Assembly (NCBI RefSeq): GCF_009914755.1
Contig: NC_060940.1
DNA from: the human T2T-CHM13v2.0 reference genome, Homo sapiens
Strand: one strand, 5' to 3'
Length of the DNA: 64,000 bases
Each line of letters begins with the position of its first letter. Position 1 is the first letter of the stretch. A program made the translations under genes and the position numbers. Shown one piece after another: positions 44,905 through 62,478 of the stretch. The notes under the pieces are model-generated. The model saw only the letters and a list, made by a program, of their open reading frames with translations, was not told the origin of the DNA and made no database searches.

Positions 44905-45093
44905 TAGGCAGATGGCACTCAACCAGGGAATATGTGGCAATGTGTGAAGGCATTTTTGGTTCTCACAACTGGGCAGGGAAGGGCTGCTGGAGGCCAAGGC
45001 TGCCGCTAAACATCCCACAGTGTCCAGGACAGCCCCCACAGCAAAGAATGATCCAGCCTGGATTGTCAACACAGCCACAGTTGAAAAACCCTG
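44905..45093. mobile_element. MER20-like hAT DNA transposon remnant
   Basis: ggcaatgtgtgaaggcatttttggttctcacaactggg...gctaaacatcccacagtgtccaggacagcccccacagcaaagaatgatccagcc...gttgaaaaaccctg. Confidence 0.8.
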
Positions 45094-45467
45094 ACCACCA
45101 CAGGCCTGGCATCTACTAGCCCACTGCTGGGTGGAGAGGAGCAGTGAGGAAAGAAGGGACTCCACCGTGGACAAGTCCCACCGCCACTGATTCATCCTTT
45201 GTCACCTCACCTTAAAGAAACATTCTTGAAAAATCTGTGACCAAAGAATCCCATCTTTCTCACTGATTGCTGTTAAAATTCTGGCAATGCATTTTCCCAT
45301 GGGAAAAAACTGTGGGCTTCCTAGCTGCGACTCTGGGGTTGGGACAAGGGAGTCACATTTAAAATAATACCCACTTGCATGGTTACCTGGGATCCTACAT
45401 GGTTAACGCCCACAGGCCTTCTTTCCCTTCCCCAGTTCTTGCCTGCAGAGGGGATAACAACTGGTGA

Positions 45468-45707
<240 letters not shown>

Positions 45708-46713
45708 TAGCCAGGATGGTCTCGATCTCCTGACCTCGTGATCCACCCGCCTTAGCCTCCCAAAGTGCTGGATTACAGGCGTGAGCCACCGCGCCCAGCC
45801 GGGATTCACATATTAGACCACAGCAGGCAACTACCTTCCATTGCCTGGCAGCCCTCAGTGACTCTGGGATGCACACCTGGGCAGCCATTCCAGAAGGTCC
45901 TGATACCAGGGTTCAGTGGCAGCCCCTGGCCAGGGGGGCTGCATGGAGATGCCTCTGCAGCAGGGCTCGAATGCACCCAGCTCGTCCTAACACTATCTTC
46001 CTTTACACAACAGCAGAGCATCTCCCTGGGGCTCTCTTACCACTCCTCGTTCAGCCCCACCCCTTCCTTCTGATGCCCCCAGCTCCCCTCAGGCCCCATC
46101 CTGTGCTTACTATCAGCAAGCCTCCACCTCAGCTAGTGTCAAAATCCCATCACAACACAAACGCCTCCCCCTGCTCCTCTATGGAGCGGTTATGGACTCT
46201 GCATCTTAACAGGACACCCAAAGACTTAAGAGCCTGAGAATTCCAAACGTGACCCTTTGAGGGGCCGTACTGACTGCATACCCAGCTGCCTATGCCTAGA
46301 GCCTCCTGTGGAGGGAGCGCAACAGACCACCCTGTACCAAGGTGCACCAGCACTCCATGGGCTGGGTATGTCTAAGTGAGGGCCACAACTTGGGAACCGG
46401 AGACCTGGGGCTTCAGCAATGCTTTGCTTTGGCTCACTGGGAACTGGAAGAGGCACGCAGAGAGAGGAAGAGAGGTCGCTGCACCACAATATCAAATGAG
46501 AACCAGGAGACAGAGTTAGGCTGTGTGTGGAACATAAGGGGGTGGAAGTGAGGAGACGACCCTTTTCCAAAAACAAGATGATCACATCCTACTATGGGCA
46601 AGACGCAGCCATGGACCCTGCCAGGGGCTTTATATTGTCTCTAACTATTGTACACAGATTAGCAAAGGGCAGGTGGGCAGTGACGTCGGGAGGTCATTCC
46701 CCAGAGGCACTGA

Positions 46714-46941
<228 letters not shown>

Positions 46942-47436
46942 TGAGTAGCTGGGATTACAGGTACATGCCACCACACCCAGCTAACTTTTATATTTTTAGT
47001 AGAGATGGGGTTTCATCATGTTATCCAGAATGGTCTCAAACTCCTGACCTCAAGTGACCCGCCCATCTCAGCCTCCCAAAGTGCTGGAATTACAAGTGTG
47101 AGCCACCGCACCAGGCCATCACTTTCTGTCTTTATTTTTATTTTGCTTGTTTGTTTGGGCATTTCTGCAATTAGTGAATAAAATTAGTCTGGTTAAAGAA
47201 TGACTGTTTATAAGCTTCTGATCAAAGTTTACTCCCTCTTTTTCTTCCTAGGAATAAAAACGGCCTCTTTGTCAGGGCTCAGCATCAATACTTACTGACA
47301 GCTGCCTGAGATAAGCAGGTTAACCTATTCTACACGCATTAAACATCCACAACTGTGTGCAAAGCCCCATCACGTGGGATCGAAGCCATCACTGCGCTGC
47401 TCAAAATGTGAGAGGAAGTTCCCCGAGATCTCTTAC

Positions 47437-47606
47437 CGCTGCACACACTCCTTCACCACTTCATACTGGCCAATGGAAGCAGCTGTGTGAAGATCCAGGG
47501 GGACATCCAGCTCCTCCCCGCTGACCTGTGTCCCGAGCCCGTGCCACATGGACAAGCTGCGGTTCAGGAGTTCCGGCTCGCTGGCTTCATCGCTGAGCTC
47601 GGACAT
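47437..47606 (-). CDS. ANKS3: ANKS3 first coding exon MSELSDEASEPELLNR...VKECVQR (exon begins 47608)
   Basis: ttcctcctcag|TG-ATG and CG|GTAAGA; all 15 coding exons sum to 656 aa + stop. Confidence 0.95.
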
Positions 47607-47992
47607 CACTGAGGAGGAAGGCCCAAGGGTTAGATCTTTCCTGGCTGGTTGTTCCAGGGCATGAAACAGGCTGGTCCTGCCCCTGCTACACCACTGCACT
47701 AGCAGACTGATAACCCAGTGCAGTCAACCCCGGGAGTAACTCAGACAAATTTATTTGCTGAAATAATGTATGCTTTGGGCAGTCCCAACCATGCTAAATC
47801 TGGTGAGCCTGCTATCACACCAGTAAAGAGGAGCACATATGGTGAGGCATTAACTGTGGAGTACCTGCTCCTCCTTCCAACCGCAGGCACCAGGTAAAAG
47901 AGAATTCTCCACCAACTCTAGGAACCTGACAACCTCTTGGATGGGCAGTGAAGAAATGCTAATTGGGTTGTTTAACCCAATCAGTTCCTTGA

Positions 47993-48106
<114 letters not shown>

Positions 48107-48739
48107 TGAGGTCAAGAGTTCAAGACCAGCCTGGCCAACATGGTGAAATCCTGTCTCTACTAAAAATACAAAAATTAGCTGGGCATGAAGGCCAGCTACT
48201 CGGGAGGCTGAGGTAGGAGCATCACTTGAACTGAGGAGGCGGAGGTTGCGGTGAGCCAAGATCACGCCATTGCACTCCAGCCTGGGAAACAGAGCAAGAC
48301 TTTGTCTCCAAAAACAAAACAAAAAAAAAAAACAACAAAAAAGCAGCTCTGCTACTTAGCAACTCCAATCCCTAGTGCCTCACTGTCTAACGGGGACATA
48401 TCTAAAAAGGCTGCTATTATGATACATAAAAGAATGGATAAACAAACGGTGGCACATCCATATAATGGATGCTACTCAGCATTAAACACAAGGATCCAAC
48501 AGTTGACATGCAACACGTGAATGAATTTCAAATGATTTACGCTAAATGGAAGAAGCCTGCCTACAGTATAATTTCACTTACATGACATTCTGGAAAAGGC
48601 AAAATTAAAGGGTTGGAGGTTGGGGCAGAGAGGGAATTTGGGGGACGATAGACCTGTATGACTGTGACGGTGGATCTGTGACTCCATGCCTTTATGAAAC
48701 CACAGAACTGAACACCAAAATGAATTTTACTGTATGTAA

Positions 48740-48868
<129 letters not shown>

Positions 48869-48921
48869 TGAGATTACAGGTGTGCGCCATCATGTTAGGC
48901 TAATTTTTGTATTTTTAGTAG

Positions 48922-49077
<156 letters not shown>

Positions 49078-50689
49078 TGAAATTGAAAATTTCAAAAAAG
49101 TAAAAATAAATTTTTCTGAAAAAAATAGAAAGCAATTCCCCAACAGACAAACCAGGATGTGACTGGTGGCACGCAGCAACCGTCAACTGAATAGGAATCC
49201 ACTTAGGCATCCTTTGAAGAGAGAGCTATGGGGGGAAATATAACAGGCCGGTGAACTGGTGAGGTAACACTTTCCCCGAGATGGGCCTACATGGGTAACG
49301 GCACACCAGGAATCCCCAAATCAAGGCAAGGTCATCAGCTTCCTAGTAGAATCCTTAGGTACAAGAGTGCCAGGAAACAAGGGTAGGAAAGGGAGCAAAG
49401 GCGAAAACAAAGGCCTTGTCAGGTTGTGATGACCTACAGGTGCTATGGTAGTTAATAGATGCGATGAGGACCTCAGTTTCTATTAAAGAATGCTTCCAAG
49501 CCCCAGGTGACAGCCAAGATGGCTAAAGAAACAAGCCACCAATGTGGGAGACGAACACTTCACAGACCCTTGGTGAAGAGTGTGTGTAGGTGCGGTGGGG
49601 CAAGCAAAGCCCTCCTTCCTGGAGCCACCACCTCTTCAGCTAGCAGAGCCCAAGATCGTGCAGTGCCCTTCCCTCACTTTGCAGGTGAGAATCCCACCCT
49701 AACAGCCCTGGCCAACGAAGCCTGGATAAGAAACCAAACGAGCTGAGGGTCAGTTCAGAGTCCCTTCCATACCTCCCTCAAGCCTTCACTGGGCATGTCT
49801 CTTCCACGCCAAAGGCCTCCTGCAGGGTGAGGCCGTGTTCTCTATTTACTGGAGACTTGCATATCTGACATCCCCAGAGGTCTGAAGGACAATGAGAACC
49901 AGACCAAGCGTGACGGACCACTTGAGGCCAGGAGTTCCAGACCACCCTGGCCAAAATGGTGAACTCCCATCTTTACTAAAATTACAAAAATTAGCTGGGT
50001 GTGGTGGTGGGCGCCTGTAGTCTCAGTACTCAGGAGGCTGAGGCAAGAGAATCGCTTGAGCCTGGGAGGCGATTGCAGTGAGCCGAGCTCAAGCCACTGC
50101 ACTCCAGCCTGGGCAACAGAGCGAAATTCTGTCTCAAAAAAAAAAAAAAAAAAAAAACACTAAAGTGAAAACTAAAATGTCCCATCCCGAGTGGTGTGGT
50201 GTAAAGTAGCATTAGAGATAAGACGTTTTAGTTTTCATTCAACTTTTTGGTTCTGTCCATTCTGAAAATGCTAAGTATCTGTTACCTTTACAGTGAATCC
50301 TAAAGAAAATGTGGTACTTAGACACAATGGAGTACTATTCAGCCATAAAAAAAGAATGAGATCCTATCATTTGCAAAAACATGGATGGAAGCGGAGATCG
50401 TTATGTTTAGTGAAATAAGCCAGGCACAGAAAGATAAATATTGCATGTTCTCAATTATTTGTGGTTATCTAAAAATCAAAACAACTGAACTCATGGACAT
50501 AGAAAGTAGAAGGATGGTTACTTCTAGTGTAACCAAGGCTGGGAAGGGTAGTGGAGGGTGGGGATGCTTAATGGATACAAAAAAAACAGAATGAATAAGA
50601 TCTAGTATTTGATCAAGCCACTGCACTCCAGCCTGGGCGACAAAGCGAGACTCCGTCTCAAAAAAAAAAAAAAAAAAAAAAAGATCTAG

Positions 50690-51079
<390 letters not shown>

Positions 51080-51394
51080 TAATCATATTGTTTGTAACAC
51101 AAAGGATAAATGCTTGAAGGGATGGAGACCCCCATTTTACATGTGATTATTACGAACTGCATGCCTGTATCAAAATCTCTCATATACGCCATAAATATAT
51201 ACACCTACTACGTACCCACAAAAATTAAAAAATTTTTAAAAATCTTAACAAATGTGATGCTGGTGGTAACTGTCACGCCCACAGAGGAGGTCTGTGAAAG
51301 CACCCAGGCACCCCCTCTCGCCCCGTGGAACCGCATCGCAAAGGTAGCTCACTGGCCCCGGGGCGGGTCCCTGGCCGACAAACCCGTAACTCAC

Positions 51395-51730
51395 AGCAGT
51401 GACGCTTCCCGACGCCCCCCGGCCACATCCCCACAGGAACGCTACGGCGCACAGGGCATTACTGTGCCCCCACCACAACCACATAAAGAAAATGTGGGGG
51501 CTCGGTCCTCCAGTCACGCGGCGAGCAAGTGCAGCGCGGGACGCCCGAGCGCCGGGTCTAGGCGGGCTGCAGGTGCCGGCAAGTGCTGGGGCCGGGCCGC
51601 CGCGGAACCCACCTGTGCTGGGCCTCAGGCCTTGCGCCGCCCTCGGGCTGCCGTCGCCAACCCCCCCCAAACAGCTCGCCGCCACGCTCCCTCGCCGGGG
51701 CACCGCCCCCGGCACCCGCCCCGGAAGTAG
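51395..51730 (-). other. ANKS3: ANKS3 non-coding exon 1 (5' end approximate)
   Basis: GCT|GTGAGT donor at 51394 within the CpG island; ETS motif CCGGAAGT at 51721. Confidence 0.75.
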
Positions 51731-51979
51731 TTGCGGGAGGGCGCGGAGCACGCCGGGAAGCTCGCGGGTCGGCACCGGGACAGCTCCCGGGCGCCGTGGA
51801 ATGCACACGTCCCGCACCCGGACCTTCCGGTCAGCTTCCCGGCTCGCTGTCTGATGCCCGCGGTAGCCAATGAGCTAGTGGTGTTTGTCCTGCTCCGTCC
51901 CCGCCCTCCAGGGGAACCAATCCCATTGCAGGAGAGGCAGGACGCGCAAAGGCCCGAAAGAGGAGCTGGGCGGGGTGGG

Positions 51980-52155
51980 GGGAAGGCGGAGGCAGTCTAG
52001 TAATGTAAAGCTCCGCTGAGAGGGAGAGTGCTGAAGAAGGGGACAGCCTCTGTACCTGCGGCGCGGCCCGAGGGGCGGACGCGAGCGGAGTGACGCGCTG
52101 GAGGCTGTTTATAGCGCTGTCAGGACAGCGCGGGGAGTGGAGGCAGAGGCCTGAG
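51980..52155 (+). other. DNAAF8: DNAAF8 non-coding exon 1 (5' end approximate)
   Basis: GAG|GTGAGG donor at 52156 in the CpG island, upstream of the acceptor at 53920. Confidence 0.65.
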
Positions 52156-52305
52156 GTGAGGGGCCTCGGGCCTGCTGCGCCTGCAGGGAGTTGAACAAAA
52201 CGCGGGGAAATACGGGCTGGGGGTGGGTGAGAGGAGGAGCGATGGGCTTTCCACTTCCACAGCTTTAAAATTTAAAAGCTCGACCCGGGAGGCTGTTGGC
52301 GTCTG

Positions 52306-52319
52306 GTTGCCATAACAAC
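52306..52319. promoter_or_regulatory. RFX X-box GTTGCCATAACAAC
   Basis: 12/14 match to the palindromic X-box GTTGCCATGGCAAC, next to the promoter of two cilia-related genes. Confidence 0.75.
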
Positions 52320-53549
52320 CGGCAGCCTCGTGGCAGGCCGGCTGGGGGCGGGGCTCTGAGAACCGGGGCGGGGCTGTGGCGGGGCTAACAGGCTGCAGCT
52401 GAGAAACCCACCCCGAGACGGAGCCGGAAGGCCGTTATTCAGAGGCGGCTCCGAGCCTCCCCTTCGCCTTCTGGATGCTCTGAGCTCCTCAACTTGGCGT
52501 TCAGGGCCCTGCATTGTCTGGTCCGTTTTCACCGGAGAGTCCAGCAACTGACACTTTCTTCCCTTAAACCTGTTGGGCGGTTCATTCCTTTGAGCTACTG
52601 TACATGCTCTTCCTTCTGCCGGTAATGCCGTTCCCTCCCCTATTGTCTTGTCCGCCTGAAGGGTTTATCAGAGTCTCTGGAGGCCCTCTTCATCCCGACG
52701 ATTCTGTTGCCCTAAGAAATACTGTGCCCTGAATTGCGGAACAGAGCTCTAGTTACAAAAAACACCCGCTGGCTGTGTGCACCAGATGCGTCCCCAACCC
52801 GCTGCTCCCAGTTCAGAGTGCACCAAGCACCTGCCCTATTCCCAGAAGTACAGAGGAAGCAAGCAGCCCCCAATTCACATCTCCTGCCGCTGCCCTGATT
52901 GGGGATGAACGGGCACTGACTGCAGGGCCAAAGCCACAGCGGCCTCTCGAGCTGCAGAGTTCTCCTGACACTGGCTCTAGAGGACCCTCACCCCCCAGCT
53001 CTCAAGCTCAAGCTCCCCAGCCCCCTGAATAACAGGACCATCTCCTTTAAGACTCTAAGATATAAATGCAGGGGCTGGTCAGAGTAGTGACTCCAAAAAA
53101 AAAAAAAAATCACTTAGTGACTCCAAACTGTCAGCCAGGCGCGATGGCACATGCCTGTAATCCCAGCACTTTGGGAGGCTGAGGCAAGAGGATCACTTGA
53201 GGCCAGGAGTTTGAGACCAGCCTGGGCAACAGGGAGACTCCATCTCTACAAAAAATAAAAATGTTAGCCAGATGTGGTGGTACACACCTGTAGTCCCAGT
53301 TATTCAGGAGGCTGAGGTGGGAGGATCACTTGAGCTCAGGAGGCCGAGGCTTCAGTGAGCTATCATTGTACCACTGCACTCTAGCCTGGGCGACAAAGCC
53401 AGACCCTGTCTCCAAAACAAAAAAGCAAGGTGTCTTCTGTTCCTTGGTAAAGGGCAGTAAAGGGTAGTAGGACTTGAAATTCCCCCTGATTCAGAGTCCA
53501 CTGTTGCTATTTACTAAACACCCTGAGCCTATGAAATGAAGAGAATAGT

Positions 53550-53760
53550 TATGCTATATGGGGTATATATAAAATATACCTATATATCATTATATATCGT
53601 ACATATGGCATTCTATATAACATGTACATATATCTACATAGGTATATTTATATCAATACATATATTTGTATATTATTATGTATATATCACTATATACATT
53701 ATATACCTGCAGGCTCCACATGTGTGCATGAGTGGGAACACACACACACACGTACACACA
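53550..53760. repeat. (TA)n-rich low-complexity tract followed by (CA)n
   Basis: tatatataaaatatacctatatatc...acacacacacacgtacacaca. Confidence 0.85.
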
Positions 53761-53854
53761 CAGTGCCTGGCACTAACAGGAGCTTGCATAACTAGAAGGA
53801 AACTGAGGCAGGTGGTGAGGCCTGCCAGCCTGTTTGGTCTCCTACAGCTGGTAG

Positions 53855-54202
<348 letters not shown>

Positions 54203-55199
54203 TGACCTGTGCAGTTTGTTGTCATTTTACTTTAAATCGCATGGCCAGACTCAAAGTTGTGTTTTCTGGGTGCCTATTTCCTTCTTTACTCTTTCTTCTG
54301 CCTTGATTGTCATCTCTGAGCATGGGTATTGGTGCTCAGCATCTTGGGAGACCCTTTCAGTGGAGTTTTTGGTGCTGACTTGGAACCCAGGTCAATTTGA
54401 TGCAGAAGCTCTGTCCTTTCCATTCTGCTATTCTCCACTCTCTCGTGCCAGGACAGGGCCAGAACACCCACTGAGAATGCACAATTCCAGTGCATTGTGA
54501 TAAGCCTTCGAGGGATTCTGCATTTGTGGTTTGGGGTCCCTGAAATGGCTCTCAAAGACGCTCAGACCAATAGCCCTAGGTGCAGGCATAAGACCCTGCT
54601 AAAGATGCTCCTGGCGGGGGCTGCTCAGTGCACAGGTTGGCACTGGGCGTTAAGAGACAGTATGAGGGTTTTAAAAGGAACGGGCAGGGTTTGGGTCCTA
54701 CCTGGGCACCAGCAACAGAGCTTCAGGGACCTCAGACGTCATCCAGTGCATGACGAGGCTAAGGAGAACCTAAGGGGACCCCACGCCTCAGTGCTCAGGG
54801 TGTTTTCACACCTTCAGTCTCATTTGAGAGTATGAGCCCCAACCCCTTCAAGAAGACAAACTAAGCTGTGTAAGTGATGGCTCAGGGTCACAGGGGATGG
54901 GGAGGGCTGGACCCTGCTCTTTCAGCTACCACCTCACTGCCCTGTTCATGTCACGAGGCATTAATGAAGCACCTGCTGTATGCGAGGTACTTGCAGAACC
55001 AGGAGCCCCAGTCTCACCTCCACGAGGTTGTGCTGCCAAGCCCATTTCTAAACGGTGGCAAGAAGCCGCGCACAGCAAGGCTGACTGGGAGAGAACCGGA
55101 TCTCCCCCAGGCTCCTGAGCAGCAGGGCTGGACGGGCTGGATGGGCTGGGCGGGCTGGGCTGGAAGTGAGAGTGGAGAGTGGAGAGCGGGGGTGGCTAG

Positions 55200-55457
<258 letters not shown>

Positions 55458-56997
55458 TGACTGGTCTAAACCACTGTTCTAGCATTTCCACGATATGCTA
55501 GAACATGGTCCTTTTTTTTTTCCCCCATGTACAACCCAAGGTATTCAGATGCCCAACATCTAACCTCCACGCACCTCCCTCTCCTGGGGAGCCCGGCACC
55601 TTAGGGCTGGCATGCACGCTTGATTTTCCATCCGATTTTGACCCTTCTCTTCTTCTTGATCGCTCCTATCCTGTTCTCTACCATGGCATCCTGAATAGCT
55701 TCTGGCCATTGTCACAACTGCTTGTCCTAATTGTCTCTCCCTTAACCCAGCTGGCTTCATGGCTACCTGGCTCATCCCAGCACCTGGCGAGTACACAGGA
55801 ACTCTGGTTTACTAAACTGCTAAACTACACTGCTACAGGCTACAGTGGGGAGTGGGAGGGAGGAAGATGGCCCATCAGTGCCTGAGCAAGCACACAAGCT
55901 GGACCTCGTGGGAGGGACAACCCAGGAGACAATGAGCAAATGTGGACTAAGCGTGCCAACGCAGGCCTGTGTTGCCAGTGCTGGAGGCTGAGACAGAGGT
56001 TCCCATGAGGCCAGGAGTTTGAGACCAGCCTGGGCAATACAGCAAGACCCCATTTCTGGCTGAGCACAGTGGCTCACGCCTGTAATCCCAGCATTTTAGG
56101 AGGCCAGTATGGGTGGATCACTTGAAGTCAGGAGTTTGAGACCAGCCTGGCCAACATGGTGAAACCCTATCTCTACTAAAAATAAAAAAATTAGCTGGGC
56201 ATGGTGGCAGGTGCCTGTAATCGCAGCTACTCCAGAGGCTGAGACAGGAGAATCGCTTGGACCCGGGGGAGCAGAGATGGCAGTGAGCCAAGATCACACC
56301 ACTGCACACTCCAGCCTGGGCAACAGAGTGAGACTCCATCTAAAAAAAAAATAATAATAAAGAAAAGAAAACAGTGTAGAGGCACTAACCCACTTCCAAA
56401 ATGGAGACGGGGCCTAGCTCCAGCGTAACTTCTCTCAGGTGTTCTGCTGAGAACAATTAACCTACTGAATGGGAGGGCATGGGCACCGAACCAGATCATC
56501 TCCCAGAACCAGGACATGCACCCACCCATCACCTTGAAGGAAATCTCCCATCAGCCCAGCCATTCCTAGACCTAGGTTTGAAATAACCCCACACAAGAGA
56601 GATCCCCAGGGCAGCTAAGAACTCTGGTGGGTTCAGGTGGAACAATTTGCATGTGATTTTATTTTGCTGCTTCATTTTTACAATCAATTACTTCAGAAAC
56701 TCTTCTGGATGATTTTTTCTTGTTTTTTTTTTTTTTTTTTTTTTGTAATGTGGGATCTCTACTAAAAAATTAGCTGGGTGTGATGGTGTGCCTGTGGTCC
56801 CAGCTACTCAGGATGCTGAGGTGGAAGGATGACTTGTACTCTAGCTTGGGGTATGAATTTCTGAGCCCCAACATTATCATGATTGATAATTTAAATATTG
56901 TTTCATTGCTGTAACAGTGCATTCCACTCTAGCCTTGTATTTAAATAGCAGGATGCCTCAGTGGTGCTGTCTTTAGCCAGCCCATATTCAACAGTAG

Positions 56998-57213
<216 letters not shown>

Positions 57214-57380
57214 TAAAAGAGGTCAGGCACAGTGGCTTGTGCCTGTAATCCCACCACTTTGGGAGGCTGAGGCAGGAAAGATAGCTTGAGGCCAGGAACT
57301 TGAGACAAGCCTGGAAGACCAACTATGTTGTAGAGACTCTGTCACTACAAAATAATATTAAAAAAAATTAACTGGGCCTA

Positions 57381-57509
<129 letters not shown>

Positions 57510-57607
57510 TCACCTCAAAAAAAAAAAAAAAGTACATATTTTTCTATGAAAAACATTCCCTGAAGCATGTTTTTGAGGATGCTAACTGAACATACCTGTT
57601 TTCTTGA

Positions 57608-58204
<597 letters not shown>

Positions 58205-58584
58205 TGAGGGCTGGCCCACTAGGACCTTAGGCCCATTATCCACCATTCTGTGTACCTGTCTCAGTAGAGGGGTGGAGGGTCCCAGCAGAGCACATCCTGG
58301 GGGAGGGTTAACAAGAACAAAGAACAAGCAGGGCCTGCCTTCCTTAAAGAGAGAAAAGGAGGCCAGGCACAGCGGCTCGCACCTGTAATCCCAGCACTTT
58401 GGGAGGCCGAGGCGGGAGCCCCGGAGTTCAAGACCATCCTGGTCAACACAGTGAGACCCTCATCTCTAAAAAAAAAAGAAATCATCCTGGCTAACACGGT
58501 GAAACCCCATCTCTACTAAAAATACAAAAAAAAAAAAATAATTAGCTGGGTGTGGTGGCGGGCGCCTGTAGTCCCAGCTACTCA

Positions 58585-58809
<225 letters not shown>

Positions 58810-58892
58810 CTAAAATATAGAACCTGGTTCTGTCAAAGCCTGATCTCAAAATATGAAAGCCCTCATTCTCATAAACTAGTGAGCACCTGTTA

Positions 58893-59192
<300 letters not shown>

Positions 59193-59950
59193 TCACGCCC
59201 CTGCACTCCAGTTTGGGTGACAGAGCGAGACTCCATCTCAAAAAAAAAGAAATTGGGATTTTGTAAAACACTGGGGAAAAAGAGAGGAATGCAGAGATAC
59301 GCTTGTCACATTCATGTCCTAGAGGAGTTATCTTGTCTACTGGACAGAAAAGTAACCATCACACCGTCTCGGTTTTACACATTTTGGATAATTTTTCTTA
59401 ACAGGTTAGAGAAAACTGGCACCAGGTATACACAGAAGTCATCTTTACTACTGTTTAAATCAACCGTTCTTTCTGCTCACCTAAAAACTTATTTTTCTCC
59501 ACTTAGAGGGCTGCAAAGAGTTGAAAGGTCATATGATAAACATGAATTCTTGATTAATTTCCTCCCTCCTCCTCAGACTCACTCTGCCCCTAAGCACTCA
59601 CTGCCAAGCCTTCCAGTTTTAGCTCCTGCCTGGAACAGCTTGATTCTTAAAAGAACAAAATTTTTTAACCTCCAAACATTGTGAACCTGTATGAACCTAA
59701 ATAGTGTTTCTGAAAACAACACAGGGTTTGGCTGGGCTCGGTGGCTTATGCCTGTAATCACAACATTTTGGGAGACCCAGGCAGATGGATTGCTTGAGGT
59801 CAGGCATTCAAGACCAGCCTCGCCAACATGGTGAAACCCCATCTCTACTAAAAACACAAAAATTAGGCTGGGCGTGGTGGCTCACACCTGTAGTCTCAGC
59901 ACTTTGGGAGGTGAAGGCGGAGGTGGAGGCAGGTGGATCACCTGAGGTCA

Positions 59951-60220
<270 letters not shown>

Positions 60221-60493
60221 TCAGACAACGTCTTTGTGCCAAAAACAAAAGTGAAGTACTGATCCCCAAGAAAGCATAGGAAGGAGGTGGCAAAGTGCAG
60301 GCCCACCTTAACGGAGGCGTTCAATCTGTAATGGAAAGGCGGGGTCAGCCTATTTGCAAACTCTGTCATGCACTGAATTCCTGATTTCTACCCCCAACAT
60401 CCTGTGACCATCTCCATGGGTCACAGCAGCTGTGAAGCAGGTACTTGTGCCTCTGGGACCCCTCAGCATCCTCATAATCACTGGTTTTAATGA

Positions 60494-60751
<258 letters not shown>

Positions 60752-61365
60752 TAAACACTCATGCTGCCAGTCCCCAAAAGACTTCATTCATTCAACATAT
60801 ATGTGACCGCCTGCTACGTGCCAGGCGTGGGCCAGGTCCTAGGGACAAAGGAGAGGCCTCCGCACCCCACCCCATGACCCATACCTCCTCTTCCCCACCT
60901 CCCTGGGCCAGCCTGCCTTCCTTCTCCCTCCTCCTCCTTCCTGGGGGAAGGAAGCCCCACCTTCTGTGCGCAGTCAGCTCCTAAGCACGCTCCCGCTTCC
61001 CCTGGCCTCCCCATTTAAAAAGGGAGGCAAAGGATGTCACCACTGTCACTACACTCATGGCTTTGCTCTGGGAAGTCCTGCAAATAAAATGAAAGTTCTC
61101 CAACCCCTCCCTATCCACTCGGGCCACAAAGGCGAGGGGAGGCAGGTCTGAGGCAGAGGAGCCAGGGCAGGTGCGGCGCTTCCGCCTCTGGTCCCAAAGC
61201 AAAGACTCCCCTGTGACTGACAGCCCGTGTTATGTTAAATACATTTTGTTGGTTTGTAATTCAAATCCCATAAAGCAGGAGGTAGAGAGCCAACCATTCT
61301 GGAGGACATGTGTGTGCATGTGTATGTGTGTGTGTAACTGGCACTCCCTTTGTGGAGGGGAGTAG

Positions 61366-61593
<228 letters not shown>

Positions 61594-62256
61594 TAGCCAG
61601 GCTGGTCTCGAACTCCTGACCTCAGGATCCGCCTGCCTCAGCCTCCCAAAGTGCTGGGATTACAGGCGTGAGCCACCGCGCTTGGCCGAATGTATTCTCT
61701 GTTTTAAAGGCACATAACCCTTTAATCAAGCTATTGCAATTAGAAAATCTGTCTTACACTCTGACTCTAGTAGGTAAAGATGTGTGTTCAGAGCTGTTTG
61801 CTGCAGTGTTGTTTAAAAATCTGAAAAGCTGGAAACAACCCATATTCAGGAGGAGTCCAGCTAGATCGTTTTAGCACAGAATACACTGCGGCTCGATGAG
61901 GGGATCTCCGTAGGTTAACGTGGAAGCATGTAATATACAAAGTGAAAAAAGTGAAGTTGAAAAAAAACCTATAGAGGATGACCCTATTTTTTTTTTAAGT
62001 CAACACACAGAACTGTTCATTATGATCACCTGTGACAAGTGGGACCGGGGTGTGAGGAAGTGGGATAAACTTAAAAATACGTCACTCCTACTTCACCAAG
62101 CCCTTGTGCCACAGGCCCTGCTCATAAAGATTCTGCCCCCCTCAGCCCTGCTGAGCTAGAGGTGGAGTCCTCAGAGGGCTGAGTAGGGAGAGGGCTGGGC
62201 GGGGGCAGTGGAGGAGCCTGAGGTCCATTCACATGTGGAGACCCCAGGGGTCCTGA

Positions 62257-62478
<222 letters not shown>

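Larger units (their letters stand above)
51300..52480. promoter_or_regulatory. CpG island, bidirectional ANKS3/DNAAF8 promoter: ETS CCGGAAGT (51721), CCAAT boxes (51867, 51917), GC boxes
   Basis: CpG-dense; divergent first-exon donors at 51394 (-) and 52156 (+). Confidence 0.88.

Noticed and set aside
51110-52000. 150-200 aa ORFs across the ANKS3/DNAAF8 promoter
   Set aside because: CpG island and L1-end sequence; only the short spliced uORFs are considered plausible
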